From positions 4,216,001 to 4,280,000 of the forward strand of contig NC_043016.1 of the NCBI RefSeq assembly GCF_006345805.1: DNA of 64,000 nucleotides, given 5' to 3'. A program made the translations under genes and the position numbers. Of the stretch, positions 13,775 through 25,682 are shown one piece after another. The notes below the pieces were generated by a model. That model saw only the letters and a list, made by a program, of their open reading frames with translations, was not told where the DNA came from and made no database searches. Origin of the DNA: Octopus sinensis (taxonomy: Eukaryota). Every line of letters starts with the position of its first letter. Position 1 is the first letter of the stretch.

Positions 13775-14855
13775 CCCTTTCGTTACTATATTTCTGACCA
13801 ATTGCACCCCTTATGTGTTTCAATTAATTTCTAACGTAATCATAAATTTAGTCTGGTTTCATTAAACAACTATAACATTTTTATTTATCGATATATTAAT
13901 CTGATTTTTGAAAGATAATTTAATGAAATATTCTCAACCAATTCTATACTATAATTTTTGTCACAAAGTGACTCTAATTGTAGGTAGATACAGGTAAATT
14001 CCACAAAATATAAAATTATTAAAATTTTGTTCAAACATCGCTATAGAAAATGGGTTATTAGCTAATATTCAATTGGGTATACAACAAAATTTTACGATAG
14101 AATTTGTTATTCTGGGTAACTTTCTGATACCCATAATAATATTTATGGCAAAATAGTCTTAATTTCATTTAAGGTTGTGGGAAACCACAAACTATCGTTT
14201 CTTTCGCTTTGTTTACGTTTAGCGTAATGGTTCGTTTCTGCCGTAATGATTTCAAATAGGCTCAATCGAAAAAGTAAATAGAAATAGCCTAAGGCTTTAT
14301 TCTCCTGGGAAAGTCTGTGGCTTGGTCCAGTTTCTTCAGAAAAATCACCAAAAGAAACAGTTTTTAAATTTTCACTCCATTCAGGTGCCAATTCATTTTC
14401 TTTATCGCTATCGGAGATCTCAGATTCACTGTTTTCACTTTCGGAAAATGAAACATCAGATTCATTATCAAATACCACTTGCTTTTTTTTTTCAGTCATG
14501 GAGTTAGATTTATGAAGGTCTTCAGTAGAAAATCCTTAGAATTCTGACTCGCTGCTTGATATAATGAAATTCGTATCCATTTTTTTGTCAGAATTACAAA
14601 TTTTGAAAACACAATAGGAACAAATTTCGGAAAAAAATCTCCCAAAATTCACGGAATTAAAATTACACTTCGATTATTGTACAAAACTGTAGTTGAACCG
14701 TTTACGAAGTATAATACGTGTTTTCACGAATGTACTGAAGAGATTTGCTCTGATATTCTCATTTAAATATGAATAGGTAAATTCGGGCGGCTTTGGGCGG
14801 TTTGGTCTCATAAACCAAAATTTTTTTTGGGCGGCTTTGGGCGGTAACGAAAGGG
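13775..14855 (-). mobile_element. Non-autonomous piggyBac element, copy 1
   Basis: TTAA|CCCTTTCGTTAC ... GTAACGAAAGGG|TTAA. ORF 14143-14499 has an acidic N-terminus plus YFYLLF..IITAETNHYA..WFPTTLNEIK, typical of the start of PGBD transposases. Confidence 0.88.
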
Positions 14856-15744
14856 TTAATGGAATTCTTATACAGAATCAAGACTACTAGAGTGGTCACA
14901 GTCCTGGATATGTTATTCCTCGCAGTCAAAGACCACTGGGAAAGAAGGTGTCTTCTAACTAAAGTGTTAGTTTTCAGCTGATAATTTATTTCTCAAAGTA
15001 ATTAAGTATCCAAATATAAGGATTTAGTAATAGAAAAAGGAAAATGGGATGTTGGTACTGAAAAGAGAAACTGTTGAGAATTGTGTAACTAAACCTCAGA
15101 ACTTCCATGTATGCACAGCATATGGAAAATAGCACCAGAATAGAAAACAAGATGGAAACAAAACACTGCAAAGAACCATGACACAGAAAAGGTAATGCAC
15201 TGAACATACATAATTGAAATCAGACTACTGGAAAGAATTAATAGAAATAAATGGTAATAAGAGAAGATAATGATGATAGTAAATAGGCTCTGAATTACTA
15301 TGTGCCTGTGCAACATTTAAAGAAGTGAAAAAATGGTTTCGAATCAGGAACAATAAAAGGATTAAGTAAATTTAATTCCTTGCTTGGTACAATAATCAAA
15401 ACATATGGATTGGTTATCTCCCTAACAAAAATCTTCTAATGGAAATACAGCATCTACAATTTCTAATGTACTTACAAGATTTAAAGAAAAATTAGTTTTG
15501 TAGTTAGTCCTGTTCAAAAAGTTTACAATAAATAACACTGCTTTCGTATTACTTAAAGAATGTCACCATATTACATTCAATGTTTCCATATAATTTCAAT
15601 ATATATTTAATATATATTTTCTGGAACATGATAGACATCTAAAACATAGGAATTTTCAAAAGGAATTTACGTCACAAATTTTTAAAACAAGTTTATATTT
15701 GACCCTTTTGTTAACCATGTTTTCTTGTTGAACTACACTGACTT

Positions 15745-17165
15745 TAATAAATCTCTGAGCGATGTATAAACAGTAGCCGTATAACATCATGAAGTATATT
15801 TGCCACCTAAATGTGGCTAACCCTTAACCCTTTCGTTACCAAACCGCCCAAAGCCAGCCGAAAAAATTTTTGGTAAATGTGACCAAACCGCCCAAACCCA
15901 CCTGTATTTACCTATCCATATTTAAATGAGAATATCAGAGCAAATCTCTTTAGTACATTCGTGAAAACATGTATTATACTTCGTAAACAGTTCAACTACA
16001 GTTTTGTACAACAATCGAAGTGTAATTTTAATTCCGTGAATTTTGGGAGATTTTTTTCCGAAATTTGTTCCTATTGTGTTTTCAAAATTTGTAATTCTGA
16101 CAAAAAATGGATACGAATTTCATTATATCAAGCAGCGAGTCAGAATTCTAAGGATTTTCTACTGAAGACCTTCATAAATCTAACTCTATGACTGAAAAAA
16201 AAAAGCACGTGGTATTTGATAATGAATCTGATGTTTCATTTTCTGAAAGTGAAAACAGTGAATCCGAGAGCTCCGACAGCGATAAAGAAAATGAAACTGG
16301 CACCTGAATGGAGTGAAAATTTAAAAACTGTTTCTTTCGGTGATTTTTCTGAAGAAACTGGACCAAGCCACAGACTTTCCCAGGAGAGTAAAGCCTTAGA
16401 CTATTTCTTTTTACTTTTTCGAATGAGCCTATTTGAAATCATTACGGCGGAAACGAACCGTTACGCTAAACGTAAACAAAGCGAAAGAAAGGATAGTTAG
16501 TGGTTTCCCACAACCTTAAATGAAATTAAGACTATTTTGCCATAAATATTATTATGGGTATCAGAATGTTACCCAAAATAACAAATTCTATTGTAAAATT
16601 TTGTTGTATACCCAATTGAATATTAGCTAATAACCCATTTTCTATAGCGATGTTTGAACAAAATTTTAATATTTTTATATTTTGTTGAATTTACCTGTAT
16701 CTACCTGCAATTAGAGTCACTTTGTGACAAAAATTATAGTATAGAATTGGTTGAGAACATTTCATTAAATTATCTTCCTAAAATCACATTAATGTATTGA
16801 TAAATAAAAAAGTTATAGTTGTTTAATGAAACCAGACTAAATTTATGATTATGTTAGAAATTAATTGAAACACATATTAATTGAAACACATATTTTGGTC
16901 AGAAATATAGTAACAAAAGGGTTAAGGGTTGATGCTACTGTAGTTTGTAGCCCCAGAAAGACAAATTCCTCCAGCTGGCTATTCACACACTATCTGTGCC
17001 CTATCAATATTTGCAAAGGGAAGTCATCGTTCCCATCTCCAGCCTCACGTGATACATGTGGACCCGGGTTTCTGGGTATTGATCCATCATCATCCGGATG
17101 GTGATGAGAAGTGATTCTCAATGCAAATATATATACTTTTTCCAGTGACGAAAAGTCACTGACTT
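15745..17165 (+). mobile_element. Possible Helentron/HINE-like non-autonomous element interrupted by piggyBac copy 2
   Basis: Subterminal inverted repeat aagtatatttgc (15792) / gcaaatat(atat)actt (17123), and a 3' hairpin cagtgac-gaaaa-gtcactg (17143-17161) followed by actt. Confidence 0.4.
15828..16921 (+). mobile_element. Non-autonomous piggyBac element, copy 2 (inverted relative to copy 1)
   Basis: TTAA|CCCTTTCGTTAC ... GTAACAAAAGGG|TTAA. Nearly identical reverse complement of 13775-14855, with the same transposase fragment at 16188-16560. Confidence 0.88.
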
Positions 17166-17732
17166 CGATTGTATTAATTTTGAAAATAATAATAAATTTA
17201 TTAATATAACCTTGTCGCTACTAAGCTGGTGTTTGGAACAAATTAGCATGAAATTTTGGTGGAGGGTTTTAAATTAGATCATTTTAAAATAGCAAGTTTC
17301 CATCATAGAACCAGTGCAGGTGGTCTCAGGTGGGTTGGTATTAAAACAGTTGTGATTTATTTTAAACATTAGCGCCACAAAATACATGATAATGATGCTT
17401 TGATGGAATTTTTTGTACTTTTCCTATCAAAATTGAAATTAACATTTAAAATACACAGACGCCAAACATTTTTTCTTAATAGTTACCTTATAATAGGTAG
17501 TAAGTAGATTGTTTTCATTCCAACATGTAGATGTATGTCTGTATTTGTCATAACATGTAGATTTCTGCATCTACATGTTTACTTAGAGAAAGACACGTAT
17601 TGGGTTCACATTCATTGAATGTGTGTGCTGATATATATATATATTCATATACATAGTACAGGCGAAGATATAAACCCTGGAGGGATAAAAATGCCCAAAT
17701 TATACTGGCTGAATATAGCCAGTATATATAGT

Positions 17733-18110
17733 ATATATAAAACTGAAGTTGTGTGGTGTGTCTCCTATGATTTAGATTCCTAACTACTCCCACATTTTGC
17801 GGTGCAGTTTAACCAAGTCGTGATTCATATCAAGCCCTTCTGGGTATTAGCGCACGTCTACGATGAGTCTGTGATTTAAAAAAAAATTTACCATCACTTT
17901 TTTCCATTTTTAATGCATTTTTTGCTATTATATAAGGGAAGTAACTCTCTAAAAATGTCTACGATGAGTCTACGATTTAAAAAAAAATTTACCATCATTT
18001 TTCCCATTTTTAATGCATTTTTTGCTATTATATAAGGGAAGTAACTCTCTAAAAATGCTTATATAGTTATTTCCCTTACAAACCCGAGCAACGCCGGGTA
18101 ATACTGCTAG
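17733..18110 (+). mobile_element. Non-autonomous Helitron
   Basis: 3' GC-rich hairpin (cccgagcaacgccggg) then CTAG|t. The 5' part is homologous to 28419-28650. Internal ~100-bp tandem duplication at 17857-18058. Confidence 0.8.
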
Positions 18111-19117
18111 TATAGTATATAACAATATAGGCACGTGCACACACACACACATGCCAAGAGAGAAGATGGAGGTAAGATTAATACAAGTTAATTAATAATC
18201 TTGTCAATGTATTAATAAACTTATTAATCTTCTCTCCATCTTCCCTCTTTATTTTTTATATGTATATACATATATATTTTTTACATACCTGTAACTTAGT
18301 AGTTCAGGGAAAGTGCCCAATAGAATAAATATCAGGCATTAAAAAAATAAGACAAAGGACTGGGGTCGATTCATTCAACTAAAAATTCTTCAAGTCAGTG
18401 CTCCAGCATGGCCATAGTCTAATGACTGAAACAAGTAAAAGGAAAAAGTATATATATATATGTACACACATGAGGGTGCATGGCTTACCGGTGGTACATG
18501 AAAAATAAACATTCGAGCGAGGTCATTGCCAGTGCCGCTGGACTGGCTCCTGTGCAGGTGATACATAAAAAGTACCATTTGACCGTGGCCATTGCCAGTA
18601 CTGCCTGACTAGCCCTCATGTACCGGTAGCATGTAAAAGCAACCACTACACTCTCAGAGTGGTTGGCATTAGGAAGGGCATCCAGCTGTAGAAACTCAGC
18701 CAGATCAGATTGAAGCCTGGTGCAGCCATCTGGTTCGCCAGCCCTCAGTCAAACCATCCAACCCATGCTAGCATGGAAAGTGGACATTAAACGATGATGA
18801 TGATATCTTATACATGAAGGGCTCTCCCATCGAAGGCAACGTGCGAGTGTTCAGCTTCTACCGAACGATCTGCACAAATGATTTGTTTATAGTGATGAAA
18901 TGTTTATGCTCCACATTATCTCATTCTTTCCATCAAACAGACGTTGTCTGGACAGGTGCACAGGTGTAGCATGTATCAGGTGCCAAAGTGATTGCAGAGC
19001 AATGGGAGATGAAGTGTTTTGCTCAAGAACACAACGCAACACCCAGTCTAGGAAGTGAAATCACAATCTCACCATCGTAAGTGCAACACCACAACCCCTA
19101 GGTCATGCACCCTCATA

Positions 19118-19147
<30 letters not shown>

Positions 19148-19148
<1 letters not shown>

Positions 19149-19570
19149 TTTTCCTTTTACTTGTTTCAGTCATTAGACTATGGCCATGCTGGAGCACTGA
19201 CTTGAAGAATTTTTAGTTGAATGAATCAACCCCAGTCCTTTGTCTTATTTTTTTAATGCCTGATATTTATTCTATTGGGCACTTTCCCTGAACTACTAAG
19301 TTACAGGTATGTAAACACACCACCACATGTTGTCAAGCTGTGGTGGGGGCAAAAAGACTTGCACACACACACACACACGTGCGCACGCACACAAACACGC
19401 ACACACATGATGGGTTTTTTTTAGTTTTTCAGTTTCCATCTACCAGATCCACTCGCAAGCCTTCGGCTGGCCTGAGGCTATTGTCAAAGACACTTGCCCA
19501 AGGTGTCATGCAGAGGGATTGAACCCAATGCCATGTGTTTGGGAAGTGAACTTCTTACCACACAGCCTGT
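19148..19570 (-). mobile_element. tRNA-derived SINE
   Basis: Full-length homolog of the 22120-22500 SINE. Confidence 0.8.
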
Positions 19571-22119
19571 GTGTGTGTGTGTGCATCCGTGTGCACACAC
19601 ATCTCGCTGGACAGTATGTTTAACTTTATAACTCCAAAGAAAGAGTAAATGCATGTCTGTTTCTTGATGTATGTTTCAATCACACAATGATTGGTATATT
19701 TATGATGAATGTACATTTTGGAAGATAGCAATATCCTCCAATTTCCCCCTTGAGACAAACCAAATCAGATTCTGAAGCAGACTGGGAAAGTATGGTAATC
19801 ATTATACTATTGTACTTTCACCCCATTAAAATTTTAGATTGCAATTTTCTTTCCCTTCATCTTTCTTTGAAAATATATTTTAAAGCAATATGATGTGAAT
19901 AGGCAGTGAAGATTGGTGGGGGAATAGTGTATTCTATAAGTTAGTAAGTGGGTGGGACTAATGTGTGCTTGGTAAAAGATGGAGAAGCATGAGCTTTGTA
20001 TGTTGAAGTCATTTCAAGGTTCTAGCTAAACTGATTCACAAAATATGCATTTTTTAGATGATGATGCAGTAAAAAACCTGAAAATTGGCTATAATAATGT
20101 AGTTTTCCAGTCTTATTGCTTTGAAAGTATGATGTTGTGGAGAAAAAGATTGGAGGAAAAGGTGACAGAGCTTTAGAAATAAAAATTTTTTTTTTAAATA
20201 CTATTTTTTGCCAATAGCGAGACAGAAATGTTTTGCGTTTAGCATAACAGTGTCAACTTTAAGATTGTACCCTGTGAAATTTATAGTTTAGCTTCTGTGA
20301 AATGACCTCTTCATTGTAGGTTTCTAAATAAACAGAAATACCTAATAAAATCAACATGGATCATCTTTCTGTTCCTTTTATCTCTTAATTGATTGTGTTT
20401 TTATTATGTTTCTTTTAATTTGTTAGATTAATATATTTGTCTGCATGTGTTTACTTTATGCGTATTTCAGTATTAGGTATACCTGTCATGTATTTGTGTA
20501 CATCATTAATATATAACTGCACGTGTTTGTTTGTGTCTGTCTCCAAAACTCCAAAGTTGAGTAATATTTTCATGCTTGGATTTGTAAAGTACGATAAGAA
20601 TAACACTGGTCAACAAAGAATTTGTCCCCAAAATATATGAAATGAAAAATATGTAAAAATACTAACACACAGAAAAAGCACTGAAAAATAAAACAAAAGA
20701 ATCTTGTGGTGTATAGCATCAACACGGAACAATGTGTGGCATAGACATGAGTGAAGTGAAGCACAACACAGTGTGCGGTTGTCATGGTAACAAGCTGCTA
20801 ATGCCACGCTGTCAGTTGATTGGCTAAAATTATCCAAATTTCCCAACTTTAATTCCAAATAACATCAGATTCTTTAATTTACGAGATAAAGTAATTGGTT
20901 GATTGTAATGAAAATTCAAAATTGCATTGATACACCAAAATTGAAAGCAATCCGAGCAAAATTAAAGGTAGCTCATTTTGTGAATGAAACTAACTAGATC
21001 CCATTTCAGGATAATTGCAGATAGTGAGAGGGAGGGAGAGTGAAAGAGGGGCAGAGGTAAAGAGAGAAGCAACCCCTTCAGTGAACTGACAAGAGTGTGT
21101 ACCAGAAACAGCAGCTTAAATTTTAATAAAGGATGTCATCTTTGTGTGCACAATGAGAAAAATGTGTGATTGTCTTGGCAGCAAAAGCTTTGATTTTATA
21201 ACGACTGCCCCAGAGATAACATGTGGTCTAAGAATCAGTGACATACTTCTAACTCATGCGTCCTCTAGAATAATCATAAATTTGAATATGACCTTTGAAC
21301 TTTACAAGTGTTAGCTATAAAATTGTTCCGTAAAATCAGGCTGAGAGAAAAAGTCAACCGGTAAGGAAGTTTACAAAAGACTTAATGCTAATGCTTTCAT
21401 TATGAAATCCTTTTATTAATAGCAATATATGTATTGAAAGTTAATTATAATAATTATAATATTTCAAACCCAGAATGTTTCAGAAATTGAACCATGATCT
21501 ATTGCTTGCCATGTAATCAATTACACAACAGATCACCTGCCATTCACTTATCTTAATCTATATACAAAATATTGCTTCTATTATTTTAACTGTGTGGCTA
21601 TTTTAGCTTCAAAGGGGAAATTTGGTCGGCACTTGCTCAAACAAAGTAAGTTATTTTATTAATGTGTTCCAGGCAAGGGCATGGTTAATAACCTTGCTTT
21701 GCAACTATGTGCAGTACTCTATGCACATCGGTCTTCTGTTATAGCCCCTGGATTGACCAATGCCATGCGAATGGAAGACCATTCATTACACAAACACAGT
21801 GTTTATTGACATCCCTATTATTTGATTTGAGGATTCAGTAAAAGGGACAGATACAAAATGTATCAGAGTTAAAAACTAAATATTGGAGTCGATTTGTTTG
21901 ACTGGAACCCTTCAAGGCGATGGCCTTGCATAGTTCAGTGACTGAAACAAGTTAAAGAGATAACCTGGTGGTGTTCTATTCTGCGATGTATTTGGACTTG
22001 AGACTCATCAAGAAGATCTTCCTACATGAAGAAATGGACATTAATATGATGGTGGTGATCATTGCTGATGGCAGTAGCAGTAGTGGTTTCTAGATTTGGC
22101 GTATTTATTTGCATATAAT

Positions 22120-22500
22120 ACTCTTTTACTTGTTTCAGTCATGCAACTGTGGCCATGGTGGAGCACCGCCTTTAGTCGAGCAAATCAACCCCAGGACTTA
22201 TTCTTTGTAAGCCTAGTACTTATTCTATCAGTCTCTTTTGCCGAACAGCTAAGTTACGGGTACGTAAACACACCAGCATCGGCTGTCAAACGATGTTGGG
22301 GGGACAAACACACATACATACATACATACATATAATGCTGGGCTTCTTTCAGTTTCCATCTACCAAATCCACTCACAAGGCTTTGGTTGGCCCGAGGCTA
22401 TAGTAGAAGACACTTGCCCAAGGTGTCACGCAGTGGGACTGAATTGGAACCATGTGGTTCGTAAGCAAACTACTTGCTACACACCCACTCCTATGCCTGT
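22120..22500 (-). mobile_element. tRNA-derived SINE (well preserved)
   Basis: Minus-strand head (gcaagtagtttgcttacgaaccacatggttcc..ttcagtccc), central (TACA)n, and 3' tail gactgaaacaagtaaaag. Confidence 0.82.
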
Positions 22501-23023
22501 ATATTTTTGTATAATGTGTACCACTAATGATGAGCTATGAAAAAATGTGCTTCCTTACATTTATTATGATTACTGTATGAAAAACACTGAAAATGTTTGT
22601 GTATTTTCTAACAAAAAAAAAAAATGATATTTGAAAGTGACCTTTGAACATTACAGGTATAGACTATAAAAATAAAGTCGGCTTGTGAAAAGTCAACCAG
22701 TACTGAAGGCTATAATAGACATAGTGGAAGTACAATTTTATTATACTTCCATTTTAATACTTCATTATCAGGTACTTTTGTCCTTGTGATAGAAACTTAC
22801 AGAGTAACAGTTCATTATAGTAATTCAAATATTTCAAGAAAAGAATATCCAGTTTTGTTTTTTTTTCTTTTTCTGTTTTCAGTGAGTATTCACATTTCAA
22901 TAGTAACAGTATGTATCATTCTAAACATCCTCTTGAAAATTTTTCAAGTCAATCACTCAATTCTATAATAATTGAGTAAAAAAGTACTTTAAGAAAGGCT
23001 TGTTCATTCTAATGTTTATAGAT

Positions 23024-25573
23024 CAGTGGTTCTTAACTTGAGTTCAATCAAACACCAGGGGTTTGTTGAGTCAGTCTCAGGGGTTTGGAAGGGTCAAGAT
23101 ACACACACACAGTACAGCCCGGTTCACACAAGCAATGTTGGGTTTTTGTCGGTCATTGAAAAATTGACTGCTGACAATTTGGCAACACAATTTTTCTTTG
23201 GCCATGTTAGATTACCAACATTCAGTTGCTTAATGAAAATCTGTTACACAAAATAAATTCCCATGATGAAATAGTTTATTAAAAGATAAATAATGATAAT
23301 AATATAAAATTTAATTTTGAAATGTTAATTCATAAATAAATGAAAAAAATTTTTAAAGCATTTTGAACACAGCCCAGGTTTATGTGTGTGTGTCCACTCT
23401 GTTCAGCCCACTCATATTATTTGTGATGTCATGCACCGCATGGCCATCACTGGCTGCAGCCGATCATGCTAAAGTCACTTGGCTTTGATATCTGTGCTGC
23501 AAGAAACTTGGTGTGTTCAGCAGCCGACTTGTGGCTGTTGTGGTTGTATGTCGTTTGTGATTTTCTTTTAATCTTTCAACCTCTTCATACTAACTATAGT
23601 CAATAAAAAAAAGAAAATGGTTGGATGAAAACATACAACATGGATTTACATGTATAAAGGAATGTGATGGGAGTCAGCATTGTTAATGCATGATATGCAA
23701 TACCAAGTTGAGCAGTTCTAGTCTAGCACCGGCAAAACTAATGGAACACTTCCTAAAGCTGCATGGAGGTGGGAAATACAAGAATACAACACTCACTGAA
23801 TTCAAGGTGAAGAGAATCAGATTCAATGGAAAGACTACTCTGCGTGCTTTTGGCTTTGTACTCATGGACAAACTGATCCTCACAACATCGTATGAAGTCG
23901 CGTACCTGATCACAAAGCAGAGCAAGCCACACACCATTGGTGAAACACTCATAAAACCAGCTGCATTGAAGATGGTGAATATCATGCTGGGAAAAGCTGC
24001 TGAAGGTCAGTTATCTCAAGTTCCTCTATCAGCAGCAGAATATAGGACATGGGTGATGACATCATGGCTCAAGTCGTTGAAGATCTGATTTCAAGCCCAG
24101 CAAAATTCAGCCTCCAACTTGACAAGACTGCTCACGTTTCCAACCTAAGCCAGCTTGTTGTATATGTGTGCTATGTGAGACATGACATGATAAAGGAAGT
24201 TTTCTATTTTGTAGGCCTCTTACAACAACAATCAAAGCAGCTGATGTGAAGAAACTCGCGGATGGCTTCTCCAGAAACAACATACTTTCATAGAATATAG
24301 TTTTTGCAGATTGTTTGGACAGAGTTCCAGCCCTGGTTTTGGAGCACTGGTGAAATCCGATGCACCACACATCATTGTTATGCACAGGCATGTGTTGATA
24401 ACCTTGCCTCCAAAACTGGCTGAAGTATTAAAAATTATAGTCGAATGTGTGACCTACATGCAAAATAGTGCTATGAAGCACCATATCTTCAAAGAGCTTT
24501 GTAATGAAATGAGTTCTGAATTCAAGGTACTTCTGTACCATTCTAACATTCGGTGGTTATCCTGGAGAATGGGGCTGAATCTTTTTTTTTTTTTGCCATG
24601 CATGTGGAATTTATCTTGTTTTTATGAGAGTACCAACATTGTCATGCAGATTGCTTTGAAAATTCCGAGTTCCTTCTCATTTTGGCGTATGTGGCTGATA
24701 TTTTTGATGCTCTCAATCATCTCAGTTGCCAGATGCTGGGCAGTGGGGTTAACATCACTGAAGTGGAAGAAAACCTGAAGGCATTTAAAAAAAACAACAA
24801 TCTACCTTTATGGAAATGACAAACAGAGGATGATAACTTCACAAACTTTCCTCTGCTGGGCAACTGTGTAAGTAAGATTGAAGACATGTCTGGAATTGGA
24901 GACTTTTCTGTACCTGGGGAGATGAACCAAGCAATTGCCATGTACTTAGATGAGCTTGCAAAGTCTCTCGACGTATACTTCCCCACCAGAGAGTCATATC
25001 CAGAATGGATGGGACAGCCGGTCACGTTTAGTGTTGCAACAGCAGATGTCAATGATAAATACCTTGACAAAATCATTGAACTTCAGCAGAGCCAGCTTCA
25101 ACAGCAACTCTTCAGAACAACAACACTCTCATCATTATGGTGTCATCAAATCATACTATACCCTCTTGAGATACTCACACCATTTGTTCCAATGAATCTT
25201 TGTGAGCAATCCTTTTCAAATATGGTAGACATGAAAACTTAGAAAAGGACAGACTTTGTTGTGAAAATGATATGAGAGTGACACTTGCGAAAGCCGTGCG
25301 ATTCTGAACTTGTAAATGAAAGGCTACAGCAAAAGTCACATTTATTTGCAGTAAATATTCATTGAGTTATGTTTTTTTGTGTGAAATTCCTGTTTTGTTG
25401 GTTTTGTTCTTTGATTTTTGTGTGCAACTGATGCATAGTTTATTTTTTGCATTAATAAAATATATACCTGTCTTTTGAAGAAATATTTTATTCTTCCAAT
25501 CAAAAAAGGGTTTGGTGAATGCACAGATGATGCTTGCAGGGTTCAGTTCTTCCAATAAGGTTAAGAACCACTG
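23024..25573 (+). mobile_element. Full-length decayed hAT (Buster/Charlie, ZBED5/SCAND3-like) DNA transposon
   Basis: 14-bp TIRs CAGTGGTTCTTAAC / GTTAAGAACCACTG and an 8-bp target-site duplication (TSD) ttaTAgat / ctaTAgat. Frameshifted transposase motifs: CMIC..L.EH..KLH, SYEVAYLI..KPHTIGETLIKPA, FSLQLD, LLYHSNIRWLS, LCEQSFS. Confidence 0.92.
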
Positions 25574-25682
25574 CTATAGATAATGGTCATGAAAATGACC
25601 TTTATTCTGGAAAAGGCTTCATATTTTTCATGTAAATTGTCAATGTATGTGAAGAATGATGCGCGCATGTAATCATTAATTT

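Noticed and set aside
14986-15316. Hydrophobic ORFs between the piggyBac copies, as possible cargo or membrane protein
   Set aside because: The hydrophobicity follows from T-rich composition, and there are no motifs.
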